In this document: in pieces, positions 28,338 through 36,167 of the stretch
How the letters are laid out: every line of letters starts with the position of its first letter
Position numbering within the stretch: the first letter of the stretch is position 1
Assembly (NCBI GenBank): GCA_038256975.1
Contig: JBBSJU010000004.1
Span: 1-60,171 of the forward strand
DNA: 60,171 nt
Direction of reading: 5' to 3'
From: Minisyncoccia bacterium
GTDB lineage: Bacteria; Patescibacteriota; Minisyncoccia; Phycocordibacterales; UBA5272
Position numbers and translations under genes: made by a program
Notes under the pieces: generated by a model
What the model was told of the DNA's origin: nothing
Seen by the model: the letters and a program-made list of their open reading frames with translations, nothing else
Database searches by the model: none

Positions 28338-28853
28338 ATGGACTCTTTATTTTTTATACCAATACTTAGTGCTGTCCTCATTGTTTGTATTTTTTATATT
28401 CACAGACTTTTACAATTACTTAAAGATAAAAATACCAACGCCTATCTTCCGTATGTGAAGAAAGAATATTTAATGACGAATGCAGAAAGAAACTTTTTCA
28501 AAGTGTTACAAGAAGCAGCAGGGGGTAAGTATTATATAGTTCCACAGGTGCCACTTAAAAACATTGTTCAGGTAAATAAATACGAAAAACTTCAATGGAA
28601 GTATCAAAACCAAATAGATCGAAAGTGTGTTGACTTCGTACTTTTCGATAGAGAATACTTTACGCCTCAGATTGCTATTGAGCTTGATGACATTTCCCAT
28701 GAACTACCTCTAAGAGAAGATAGAGATCGTTTTGTTGATGCGATTATGCAAAAAGTCGGATTACGGATTATGCATATTAAGACTGCGCACACCTATGATT
28801 TGACGGAAGACTTTGCTAAAATTGACTCAGATCATAAAGTTGGTAAAGTGTAG
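28338..28853 (+). CDS. Membrane-anchored DUF2726 (PD-(D/E)xK-like nuclease fold) protein
   Basis: N-terminal TM FFIPILSAVLIVCIFYI. NAERNFFKVLQEA...YIVPQVPL...CVDFVLFD...IAIELDDISHE matches the DUF2726 pattern. Starts 2 nt after the upstream stop. Confidence 0.65.
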   Translation: MDSLFFIPILSAVLIVCIFYIHRLLQLLKDKNTNAYLPYVKKEYLMTNAERNFFKVLQEAAGGKYYIVPQVPLKNIVQVNKYEKLQWKYQNQIDRKCVDFVLFDREYFTPQIAIELDDISHELPLREDRDRFVDAIMQKVGLRIMHIKTAHTYDLTEDFAKIDSDHKVGKV

Positions 28854-28922
28854 GTTAGTATTTCAAAACTTTAAGAACTGGGCTTAAAGGTCATTAATCT
28901 AACCCAAACAAAAAGATGTTTT

Positions 28923-29708
28923 ATGGCTTATACAGGAACTCTACAAAAATTGGCTCAAAATCTTCAAACTACTTACGAGAATACTATTTTTTCTCAATCT
29001 GGAGATATAGGCGATACTCGTGAGAAAGAAGTTATCAAATACTTGAAAAAGGTAATGGCCCACAAATACGGATTTCAATCAGGAGAAATCTTTGACGAAA
29101 GTGACGCAAACTCAGGTCAAGTAGATGTGATTATATATGATAGTCTTTTCTCAACTATTTTTACAGATGGAAGCGAAAAGATATTCGCCCCCGTTGAGTC
29201 TACATACGGCGTTGTCTCAGTAAAGTCTAAAATGGGAATTAAGGAACTCAAGCATGCAATTGAGGGTATTAAAAAATTTAATGAGTTAAAAAGACCGATA
29301 ATAAAAGAAAACACCCTACAAGTTACACCTGATTTTGGAATAACTTTAGGTAATGGGCTTTCTATAACAGGGTCATCAGTACAAAGAAATGTAAATTGTA
29401 TTTTCGCTTTTGAAACTAGTGTTGCGGTTGAAACTCTTATTCAAGAAGTAAAAAACAGTGGTTGTGTAGATCTTTTGGTTGTTCCAGGGAAGCTCTGTAT
29501 TATGGGTAGGAATAGAAAAGAATTTGCATTAAAAGATTTTGGTGGGAAAACTCTGGAATTTGTTGGGATCCGTAATGAAAATTCTGTGGGTCTTTTCATA
29601 CTATTCTTACAAATTTATTTATCACGAAATGTTCTAGTTGCTAGAGATGTAAAAAGTTTAGCTTTAAATTTAATTCATGGAAGTGAAGTTGAATATCTCA
29701 GGAATTAG
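28923..29708 (+). CDS. PD-(D/E)xK-like (DUF6602-like) protein, possible nuclease effector
   Basis: REKEVIKYLKKVM...SGQVDVIIYD...YGVVSVKSK follows the restriction-endonuclease-fold layout, but the catalytic acid before the Lys is not obvious. Confidence 0.45.
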   Translation: MAYTGTLQKLAQNLQTTYENTIFSQSGDIGDTREKEVIKYLKKVMAHKYGFQSGEIFDESDANSGQVDVIIYDSLFSTIFTDGSEKIFAPVESTYGVVSVKSKMGIKELKHAIEGIKKFNELKRPIIKENTLQVTPDFGITLGNGLSITGSSVQRNVNCIFAFETSVAVETLIQEVKNSGCVDLLVVPGKLCIMGRNRKEFALKDFGGKTLEFVGIRNENSVGLFILFLQIYLSRNVLVARDVKSLALNLIHGSEVEYLRN

Positions 29709-29757
29709 AATAAAGATGTTAATATAAAGACAATGATTAGAGATAACTCTTTTTTAA

Positions 29758-30729
29758 ATGAATAGCAAGAACTATTTCGATTACATAGAAGAGAAACTAA
29801 ACGTACTCGCAACCAGGGTCAAATCCAGAGGTAAATTAAACATACTGGATGTACACTTACATTCAGAAAACTTTTATAGAGATTTTTTTAATAAACTCTA
29901 TAAATGGAAACTTGAAAACTTGAATAACAAACAGCAAAATATTGAGTCAATCGATTTGGTTAGTAATTTAGATAAAATCATTATTCAGGTATCTGCAACA
30001 TCTACCAAGCAAAAAATAGAGTCTGCCTTGAGTAAAGAAATAATTAAAAGTTATTCAGGGTATAGATTTAAGTTTATTTCTATAACAGAAGACGCAATTA
30101 AATTAAAGAAATTGACTTATACGAATCCTGCCGGGATAAGTTTTCTTCCGAAGGAAGATATTTATGACGTAGGCTCAATTTTGAGATATACAAATAGCTT
30201 AAACATCAATGATAAAAAAGAAATATATGAATTTTGCAAAAAAGAATTTGCTCCAGATATAGACACCCTTGCATTGGATTCAAACTTATCAAAGATAGTG
30301 AATATTTTATCAAAGGAAAATCTTGATCAAGAATATCGAGATATTCGTCTAGAACCTTTTCAAATTGAAAGGAAAATATTATATAATAATCTAAATGGTA
30401 GTGGGGAAATAATAAAAAAATATAGTATTCACTATAATCAGCTCGAGAAGATATATAATGAATTTGATTTATCTGGTGTGAATAAAAGTAATTCCGTTTT
30501 CACAACTATTTGGATGGAGTATAAGAAAAATATAGATATCAAGAAGGATGATGAGTTATTCTATTTGATAATAAACAATATTAAAGAAATAATTTTGAAA
30601 AGTAACAATTTTGAAAAGATTCCGAGCGATGAACTAGATTTATGTATATTAATCATTGTTGTGGATGCTTTTATCCGGTGTAAAATCTTCAAAAACCCTA
30701 AAGAATACAAATATGTTACTACCGGATAA
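29758..30729 (+). CDS. SMEK-like N-terminal domain protein, presumptive third component of an ABC-3C module
   Basis: HLHSENFYRDFFNKLYKWKLENLNNKQQNIESIDLVS..KIIIQVSATSTKQKIESAL matches my recollection of the SMEK domain pattern. The C-terminal ~220 aa are unassigned. Confidence 0.55.
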   Translation: MNSKNYFDYIEEKLNVLATRVKSRGKLNILDVHLHSENFYRDFFNKLYKWKLENLNNKQQNIESIDLVSNLDKIIIQVSATSTKQKIESALSKEIIKSYSGYRFKFISITEDAIKLKKLTYTNPAGISFLPKEDIYDVGSILRYTNSLNINDKKEIYEFCKKEFAPDIDTLALDSNLSKIVNILSKENLDQEYRDIRLEPFQIERKILYNNLNGSGEIIKKYSIHYNQLEKIYNEFDLSGVNKSNSVFTTIWMEYKKNIDIKKDDELFYLIINNIKEIILKSNNFEKIPSDELDLCILIIVVDAFIRCKIFKNPKEYKYVTTG

Positions 30730-30940
30730 CATCCATCCAGAAAATTCGATATACTACAATGGAGCTTTTGTATTACAGGAGTTACAAAAACAGACTAACC
30801 AAAATTTAATCGATTTATATCAAAATGTAAAACAAAAACAAAAAATGAGTTTTCCAGTTTTTGTTTTATGCTTAGATTGGCTGTTCTTATTGAGTGTTGC
30901 TGAACTAAAAGAAGATGGCAACGTAAAGTTATGTTCTTAA
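30713..30940 (+). CDS. ABC-3C middle component-like small protein (75 aa)
   Basis: MLLPDNIHPENSIYYNGAFVLQELQ...FPVFVLCLDWLFLLSVAEL. ATG 30713 overlaps the upstream gene by 17 nt, and the stop overlaps the ATPase start by 10 nt. Confidence 0.55.
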   Translation: MLLPDNIHPENSIYYNGAFVLQELQKQTNQNLIDLYQNVKQKQKMSFPVFVLCLDWLFLLSVAELKEDGNVKLCS

Positions 30941-32652
30941 AATTATTAAAAATATCATCGGGAGATAACGTAATTCGTCAGATTTCTTTTAAAAAGGGAA
31001 TTAACTTGATTGTTGACGAAACTCCAGAAACTAACAGTGAGACGACCGGAAATAATGTAGGGAAAACAACAGTTTTAAAATTAATAGATTTTTGTCTGGG
31101 GGCTGATCCGAAAGTGGTATATACCGACCCTGAGTCAAAAAGAGATGTGTATGAATTAATTAAAACCTTTTTGCTAAAAAGGGAAATATTGATTACCTTG
31201 GTTTTGAAAAGAAATTTAGAGGAGGAAGATTCTTCAGAGATTTTGATAGAAAGAAATTTTCTCTCACGTAAAAAAAGAATTCAAAGGATTAACGGTGAGA
31301 ACCTAACCGATGAAGAATTTGAACTAAAACTTTTGCAACTAATTATTCCTGAACAGGGAGCTGAAAAACCAACATTCAGACAAATTATATCTCATAACAT
31401 AAGATATAGAGATGAAAATGTAAATAACACTATAAATACATTAAATAAATATACAAGTGACGCGGAGTACGAGGCATTGTATCTGTTTTTATTCGGATGC
31501 GAATTTACTCAAGGAAACTCGAAACAGGATATTTTAGAGAAGATTAATCAGGAGCAAAACTATAAAAATAGGGTGGAAAAAAATCAGACAAGGACGGCTT
31601 ATGAGGCTGCGCTTGCTCTTATTCATTCTGAAATAACTGATTTAAAAAAAAGGAAAAAAAATCTTAATTTAAATGAAAACTTTGAAGCTGATTTAGATAA
31701 ACTCAATAGTATAAAGTATGAAATTAATAAGACAAGCTCAGAAATAAGCAAAATTTCAATCAAGAAGAGCTTAATCATTGAAGCTGAGCAAGAATTAAGT
31801 GCAAGGAAATCAGATATTGATCTTCAGCAATTGAGGCTAATCTATCAACAGGCAACAAGTCAAATTGTTAATGTGCAAAAAACTTTTGATGATTTGGTTG
31901 ATTATCACAATAGAATGATTATTGAAAAAGTTCAATTTATCAAAAAAGATTTACCGGAATTAGAAAAAGAGATAAAAAACAAGGAGTCTTATTTGAAAGT
32001 TCAATTGAATGAAGAAAAAGACATAACTCTTAAAATTTCTAAAAGCGATTCCTTTGAGGAACTTGAGGAATTGATTGTAAAGTTAAATGAAAGTTTTAGA
32101 AAAAAAGGAGAATATGAAGGTGTTATCAAGGGGTTGTTAGAGGTTGAGGAAAATATTGCAGAATATGGTAAACAAATTAAAGAGATTGAAAATCAGTTAT
32201 TCTCAACTGATTTTGAAAAAACAGTAAAAAAACAACTTAACAAATTTAATATACATTTTGCTCTTATCTCGAACCAGTTGTATGGAGAGAAATACGTCGT
32301 TAAGCACGACATAGTCTTCAATAGGAATAACCAGCGGATATATAAATTCAGTTCTTTTAATGCAAATCTAAGTTCAGGTAAGAAACAGGGAGAAATATCA
32401 TGTTTTGATATTGCTTATACAATGTTTGCAGATGAAGAAAAGATTTCATGCTTACATTTTTTACTGAATGATAAAAAAGAGTTAATGCATGATAATCAAT
32501 TGGTAAAGATTGCTGAATTTGTAAATAAAAATAATATTCAATTTGTTGCATCAATACTAAAAGATAAACTTCCTGAAGAATTAAATAAACAAGAATACTT
32601 TGCGGTTAAACTTTCCCAAACGGATAAGCTATTTAGAATAGAGAATCAGTAA
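30931..32652 (+). CDS. Coiled-coil ABC/SMC-like ATPase (DUF2326 / ABC-3C ATPase type)
   Basis: Walker A GNNVGKT (31048-31068). ~200-aa E/K/L-rich coiled-coil insert. C-terminal LSSGKKQ (signature-like) and CLHFLLND (Walker B-like). Confidence 0.7.
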   Translation: MFLKLLKISSGDNVIRQISFKKGINLIVDETPETNSETTGNNVGKTTVLKLIDFCLGADPKVVYTDPESKRDVYELIKTFLLKREILITLVLKRNLEEEDSSEILIERNFLSRKKRIQRINGENLTDEEFELKLLQLIIPEQGAEKPTFRQIISHNIRYRDENVNNTINTLNKYTSDAEYEALYLFLFGCEFTQGNSKQDILEKINQEQNYKNRVEKNQTRTAYEAALALIHSEITDLKKRKKNLNLNENFEADLDKLNSIKYEINKTSSEISKISIKKSLIIEAEQELSARKSDIDLQQLRLIYQQATSQIVNVQKTFDDLVDYHNRMIIEKVQFIKKDLPELEKEIKNKESYLKVQLNEEKDITLKISKSDSFEELEELIVKLNESFRKKGEYEGVIKGLLEVEENIAEYGKQIKEIENQLFSTDFEKTVKKQLNKFNIHFALISNQLYGEKYVVKHDIVFNRNNQRIYKFSSFNANLSSGKKQGEISCFDIAYTMFADEEKISCLHFLLNDKKELMHDNQLVKIAEFVNKNNIQFVASILKDKLPEELNKQEYFAVKLSQTDKLFRIENQ

Positions 32653-32684
32653 TTTTTAACTGAGCTCATGGTTTCTGTCTGCAT

Positions 32685-32705
32685 AGTTCCAACGTCGTCC
32701 CATGC
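32685..32705 (+). repeat. 21-nt post-stop junction motif, copy a
   Basis: AGTTCCAACGTCGTCCCATGC, starting 32 nt after the ATPase stop. Consensus AGTTYCRAYNTCGTCCCAGAC. Confidence 0.7.
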
Positions 32706-32790
32706 TCTCAGCACTTGATTTTCACATCATTTATCAAAGTAAAACTTATACCTGTCAGGTAATCTCGAATTTCTGTATAATTATCCTAAT

Positions 32791-33219
32791 ATGTTGCCAG
32801 ACGAAAACTCAAAAAAATTTGTTGCGGTATTAAACAAGAAAGTCGAAACCGGAAAGTTAATGAACGCTCTGGGTCACATGAGTGCAGGACTTTCGGGTGG
32901 CTTCGGAAAGGGAGAAGAAATGAATTTTTTGGAATATCTTGATAAAGATGGAGGGATTCATCCAAAGATATCTCATTTTCCTTTTATAATATTAAAAGCA
33001 GAAAATTCCAATCAGATCAGAAAAATTAGAAATGAGGCTATGCAGAGAAATATACTATTCACTGATTTTACAAGCACGATGACTGTCGGGACCTCCGCAG
33101 ATCAATTAGAGAGAACAAAGAGTACGCTTGAAGCTGAATTGGAATATTGGGGGATATGCATGTTTGGAAATGCAGCAGAGCTTAAGGAATTTACAGGAAA
33201 GTTATCACTGTTCAATTAA
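32791..33219 (+). CDS. DUF2000-like protein (PTH2-like fold family)
   Basis: KFVAVLNKKVETGKLMNALGHMSAGL...PFIILKA pattern at ~140 aa. TATAAT at 32776-32781. Confidence 0.5.
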   Translation: MLPDENSKKFVAVLNKKVETGKLMNALGHMSAGLSGGFGKGEEMNFLEYLDKDGGIHPKISHFPFIILKAENSNQIRKIRNEAMQRNILFTDFTSTMTVGTSADQLERTKSTLEAELEYWGICMFGNAAELKEFTGKLSLFN

Positions 33220-33230
33220 TATAATAGTTT

Positions 33231-33251
33231 GGTTCGAATAACGTCCCAGAC
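33231..33251 (+). repeat. 21-nt post-stop junction motif, copy b
   Basis: GGTTCGAATAACGTCCCAGAC, starting 11 nt after the DUF2000 stop. Confidence 0.7.
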
Positions 33252-33262
33252 GGCCAGCCAGT

Positions 33263-33286
33263 TTGAGATAGGTTCGGATTCCGAAG
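33263..33286 (+). repeat. 24-nt element TTGAGATAGGTTCGGATTCCGAAG (copy 2)
   Basis: Matches 27448-27471 at 23 of 24 positions. Ends 19 nt before ATG 33306. Its half-site GATTCCGAAG recurs at 35322-35331. Confidence 0.8.
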
Positions 33287-33305
33287 TGTAATATAATTCA
33301 TAAAC

Positions 33306-35339
33306 ATGGATCCGCTAGATTTGGAAAGGAAAGATTTTGGAAAAGAATTTGAAGAAGAAGTTAAGTTTTTTCTTGAGGAAAAACTCAGATTTTCTGATGT
33401 GAGAGGAGGTCAAGATTTTCACATTGCTCCTCCAGGACAAAAAAATCAAATAGATGCTTGTGGTCGTTACAACGATATTCTTTTTGTGTTTGAGTGTAAA
33501 GCTTCAGGAAGAAGAACTAAGAAAAATTTACGTCAAGATATTTTAGCAACAAAAGAAAGGGCAAGAATGGTACTACGATCATATAAATACATCCCCGAAT
33601 ATGCTAATTGTAATTATGTAAAATTTGTTTTTATAACTAAAAAAATTGAAATACCTGATACTGAAAAAGATTTACTTAATAAGGATACTGAGCCACATTT
33701 TTGGTATGCAGATGAAAATATGTTGGAGTATTATAGTGATCTTCATGAAAAGGTTGGAGAGTATGCAACGTATAATTTTTTAGCAGATTTTGGAATTAGA
33801 CCTTCAGAAGATGAGGTGCTCAAGGTGGCTGCGGTTAAAACTAAAATTGGTAACTATGATACATATAGTTTTTATGCTCCACCTAAGCAATTATTAAAAT
33901 TTTCTTATGTTGCAAGACGCAGATCTTTAAACGAGAATTTTTATCAAAGGATGTTAGATAAAAATAGAATAAAAAACATTCAAAATTTTATAGACGCAGG
34001 TGGAATATTCCCGACAAATGTCATAATTTCTTTAAAACATGGAGACAAGGAATTTGTAAAGAATCATGATCTGACTGGTTCTGAGGTTGGTGTACTAACT
34101 ATTAAAAATAGTTACAGTGCTTGTTGGATCATTGATGGTCAACATAGACTATACTCCCATGCTAAATCAAAATCAGAAAATCTTATTCCTTGTATTGCTT
34201 TTGACAATATTGGTATTGAGGATGAAAGACGTTTTTTCCTTGAAATAAACAGGGAGCAGAAACCAATTCAACCAGATTTAATTTGGGACCTTGAGGGATT
34301 ATCAAGTCCTGATTCATTTAAGGGAATCATTTCAAATGTTGTTCGAACTCTTAATAATCGAGAACCTTTTCTCGATAAAGTTTATATTCCAGTAAAAGGA
34401 TCACGCACAAACAAACTTGTTAATATGGCAGCTTTCTGTAACGGTATTGTTAATTCACAAATCACTAAACAAAACCCTCCTAGTGTTATAGGAATGCAAA
34501 ACCCCTTATTTACAGAGGTCACAAGAACAATAACTAACCGAACAGCTTCTTCTTTAGAGAGATTTTTCCTTAGTTTGAAAGAGGTTTTAAATGAGGATCA
34601 AATAGATTTTGTGTTTGGGAATGCTGGTATCCCTATAATGTTGTATATTTTTGAGCCAATTTTGGCTCATATTGGTCGAATACCTGCTTTTGGTGATTTA
34701 AGCCCGTATACAAAATTAATAGGAGAATTTTTTAACCAAAATTACTCCACATATGATGATCTTCGAAAACTAAGATCAGAAACTAATAGTGAAGGTGCTC
34801 GTAAGTCAATTGCTAGACAAATAGGCTTGTATATTCGCAAGGGAGTAAGAGATCGTCTGTTTTGGCCAAAAATGGAACAAGATGAATTTGTGTCAGAAAT
34901 TATTTCGATGGAAAGAGGTATCGCCTCCGTTATTGCTGAAAAGTTAAGCGAAGTTACAGTTGGTTGGGAAAAACAAAGAGTACCACAACCAATATATGCT
35001 GTAGCAAAGAAAAGGATGGACCAAGACGGGACTGTCTTCCATGAAAACTTTTCTCTTGGAGACGAAATACAGATTATTACAAGGGATGACAACTGGAAAG
35101 AAGTTTTTCAAGATTTTTTTATAACAAAGACAGGATTTAAGGATCAAAGCGAATTAAAGTTAGCATTCAGATATTTAGCTGACGTTCGTAATCCTACTTC
35201 ACACGGTAAATCAGTTATTACAGATAAAGATGTTTTAGTACAAGCTGAAATTTATCTAGAAAAATTTAGAAAAATGATACCTATTATAGATGATATTGAC
35301 CAAGAAGTAGGTCTAAATAATGATTCCGAAGAGCATTAA
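33306..35339 (+). CDS. Three-domain fusion: PD-(D/E)xK REase-like N-domain, DGQHR (DndB-like ParB/Srx fold) domain, and C-terminal HEPN (Swt1-like)
   Basis: IDACG...LFVFECKAS (D50, E63, K65; 33453-33500). WIIDGQHRLYSH with DGQHR encoded at 34134-34148. DVRNPTSHG, with the Rx4H HEPN motif at 35187-35204. Confidence 0.75.
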   Translation: MDPLDLERKDFGKEFEEEVKFFLEEKLRFSDVRGGQDFHIAPPGQKNQIDACGRYNDILFVFECKASGRRTKKNLRQDILATKERARMVLRSYKYIPEYANCNYVKFVFITKKIEIPDTEKDLLNKDTEPHFWYADENMLEYYSDLHEKVGEYATYNFLADFGIRPSEDEVLKVAAVKTKIGNYDTYSFYAPPKQLLKFSYVARRRSLNENFYQRMLDKNRIKNIQNFIDAGGIFPTNVIISLKHGDKEFVKNHDLTGSEVGVLTIKNSYSACWIIDGQHRLYSHAKSKSENLIPCIAFDNIGIEDERRFFLEINREQKPIQPDLIWDLEGLSSPDSFKGIISNVVRTLNNREPFLDKVYIPVKGSRTNKLVNMAAFCNGIVNSQITKQNPPSVIGMQNPLFTEVTRTITNRTASSLERFFLSLKEVLNEDQIDFVFGNAGIPIMLYIFEPILAHIGRIPAFGDLSPYTKLIGEFFNQNYSTYDDLRKLRSETNSEGARKSIARQIGLYIRKGVRDRLFWPKMEQDEFVSEIISMERGIASVIAEKLSEVTVGWEKQRVPQPIYAVAKKRMDQDGTVFHENFSLGDEIQIITRDDNWKEVFQDFFITKTGFKDQSELKLAFRYLADVRNPTSHGKSVITDKDVLVQAEIYLEKFRKMIPIIDDIDQEVGLNNDSEEH

Positions 35340-35467
35340 AATGCAGAATAAAAAGAACCAGAAAATCCTTGTGGGGTAAGGTATGGAAATGTCCGAATCC
35401 GATGAGGTCAGCAATTTGAGATTCGTACTAGACCAGGGCATGGCGCGAGCTGGTATACTGATCGTAT

Positions 35468-36097
35468 ATGATTAAGGCCCTTGTATTTGATATTGGTGGA
35501 GTTTTGTTCTTGCCACTAAATAATCAGAGAGAAAAATCGCTCCTAGATTCATTCGGTGAGACAATGTTTCTGTTGGATAGTTATATGGAGACAAACCTTG
35601 AAATTAAGGAGTTACTTCGCGAGGTTTATAAGCAGTCGGCACAAGGAATTATTACAAAACAAGAAACTTTACAGAAGATGTCAAATATTCTTGGCATTGG
35701 AGAAGGGGAAGTAGAGAGTATATTTCGGAAGATCTATTCTGAAAAAACAGTAGAAAATATTGAATTGTACGAAAAAATAATTCTCCTGAAAATGAAAAAT
35801 TACAAGATAGGTATTCTTTCCACGCAGTTTCATTTATCTAAAGATGTTCTGGTGCCAAAGAAATATTACGACAACTTTGATGCTTTAGGAATTTCTTGCG
35901 ACGATAAACTTAAAAAGCCAGACGAAAAAGCCTTTACAACCCTGCTTCAAAGTTTGAATGTTTTGACAGAAGACGTATTGTTTGTTGATGATCAGCAGAA
36001 AAACATAGATGCGGCTACCAGTCTTGGAATGCAAGCCGTCCTATTTAAAAATAATAAACAGCTATTTCAGACACTAGAAGAATTAGGGGTCAAATAA
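35468..36097 (+). CDS. HAD-superfamily hydrolase
   Basis: LVFDIGGVLF (motif I-like), GILSTQ, KKPDEKAF, VLFVDDQQKNIDAATSLGMQAV. TGgTATACT at 35451-35459 lies 8 nt before the ATG. Confidence 0.75.
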   Translation: MIKALVFDIGGVLFLPLNNQREKSLLDSFGETMFLLDSYMETNLEIKELLREVYKQSAQGIITKQETLQKMSNILGIGEGEVESIFRKIYSEKTVENIELYEKIILLKMKNYKIGILSTQFHLSKDVLVPKKYYDNFDALGISCDDKLKKPDEKAFTTLLQSLNVLTEDVLFVDDQQKNIDAATSLGMQAVLFKNNKQLFQTLEELGVK

Positions 36098-36117
36098 GTT
36101 CCAACTTCGCTCCAAAC
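36097..36117 (+). repeat. 21-nt post-stop junction motif, copy c
   Basis: AGTTCCAACTTCGCTCCAAAC; its first base is the last base of the HAD stop codon. Confidence 0.7.
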
Positions 36118-36167
36118 AACTAGCACGGTGACTAAATAAAACTTAGTTTTTCTTGTATTATGTCTAC

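Noticed and set aside
33231-33286. GGTTCGAAT... and GGTTCGGAGTCC considered as tRNA genes or tRNA 3' fragments because of their T-loop-like sequences.
   Set aside because: No complementary T-stem or acceptor strands, and no anticodon or D arms, can be drawn. The second is better explained as the palindrome TTCGGAnTCCGAA. Similarity to the tRNA-Gln T-arm is limited to the generic GGTTCGA core.
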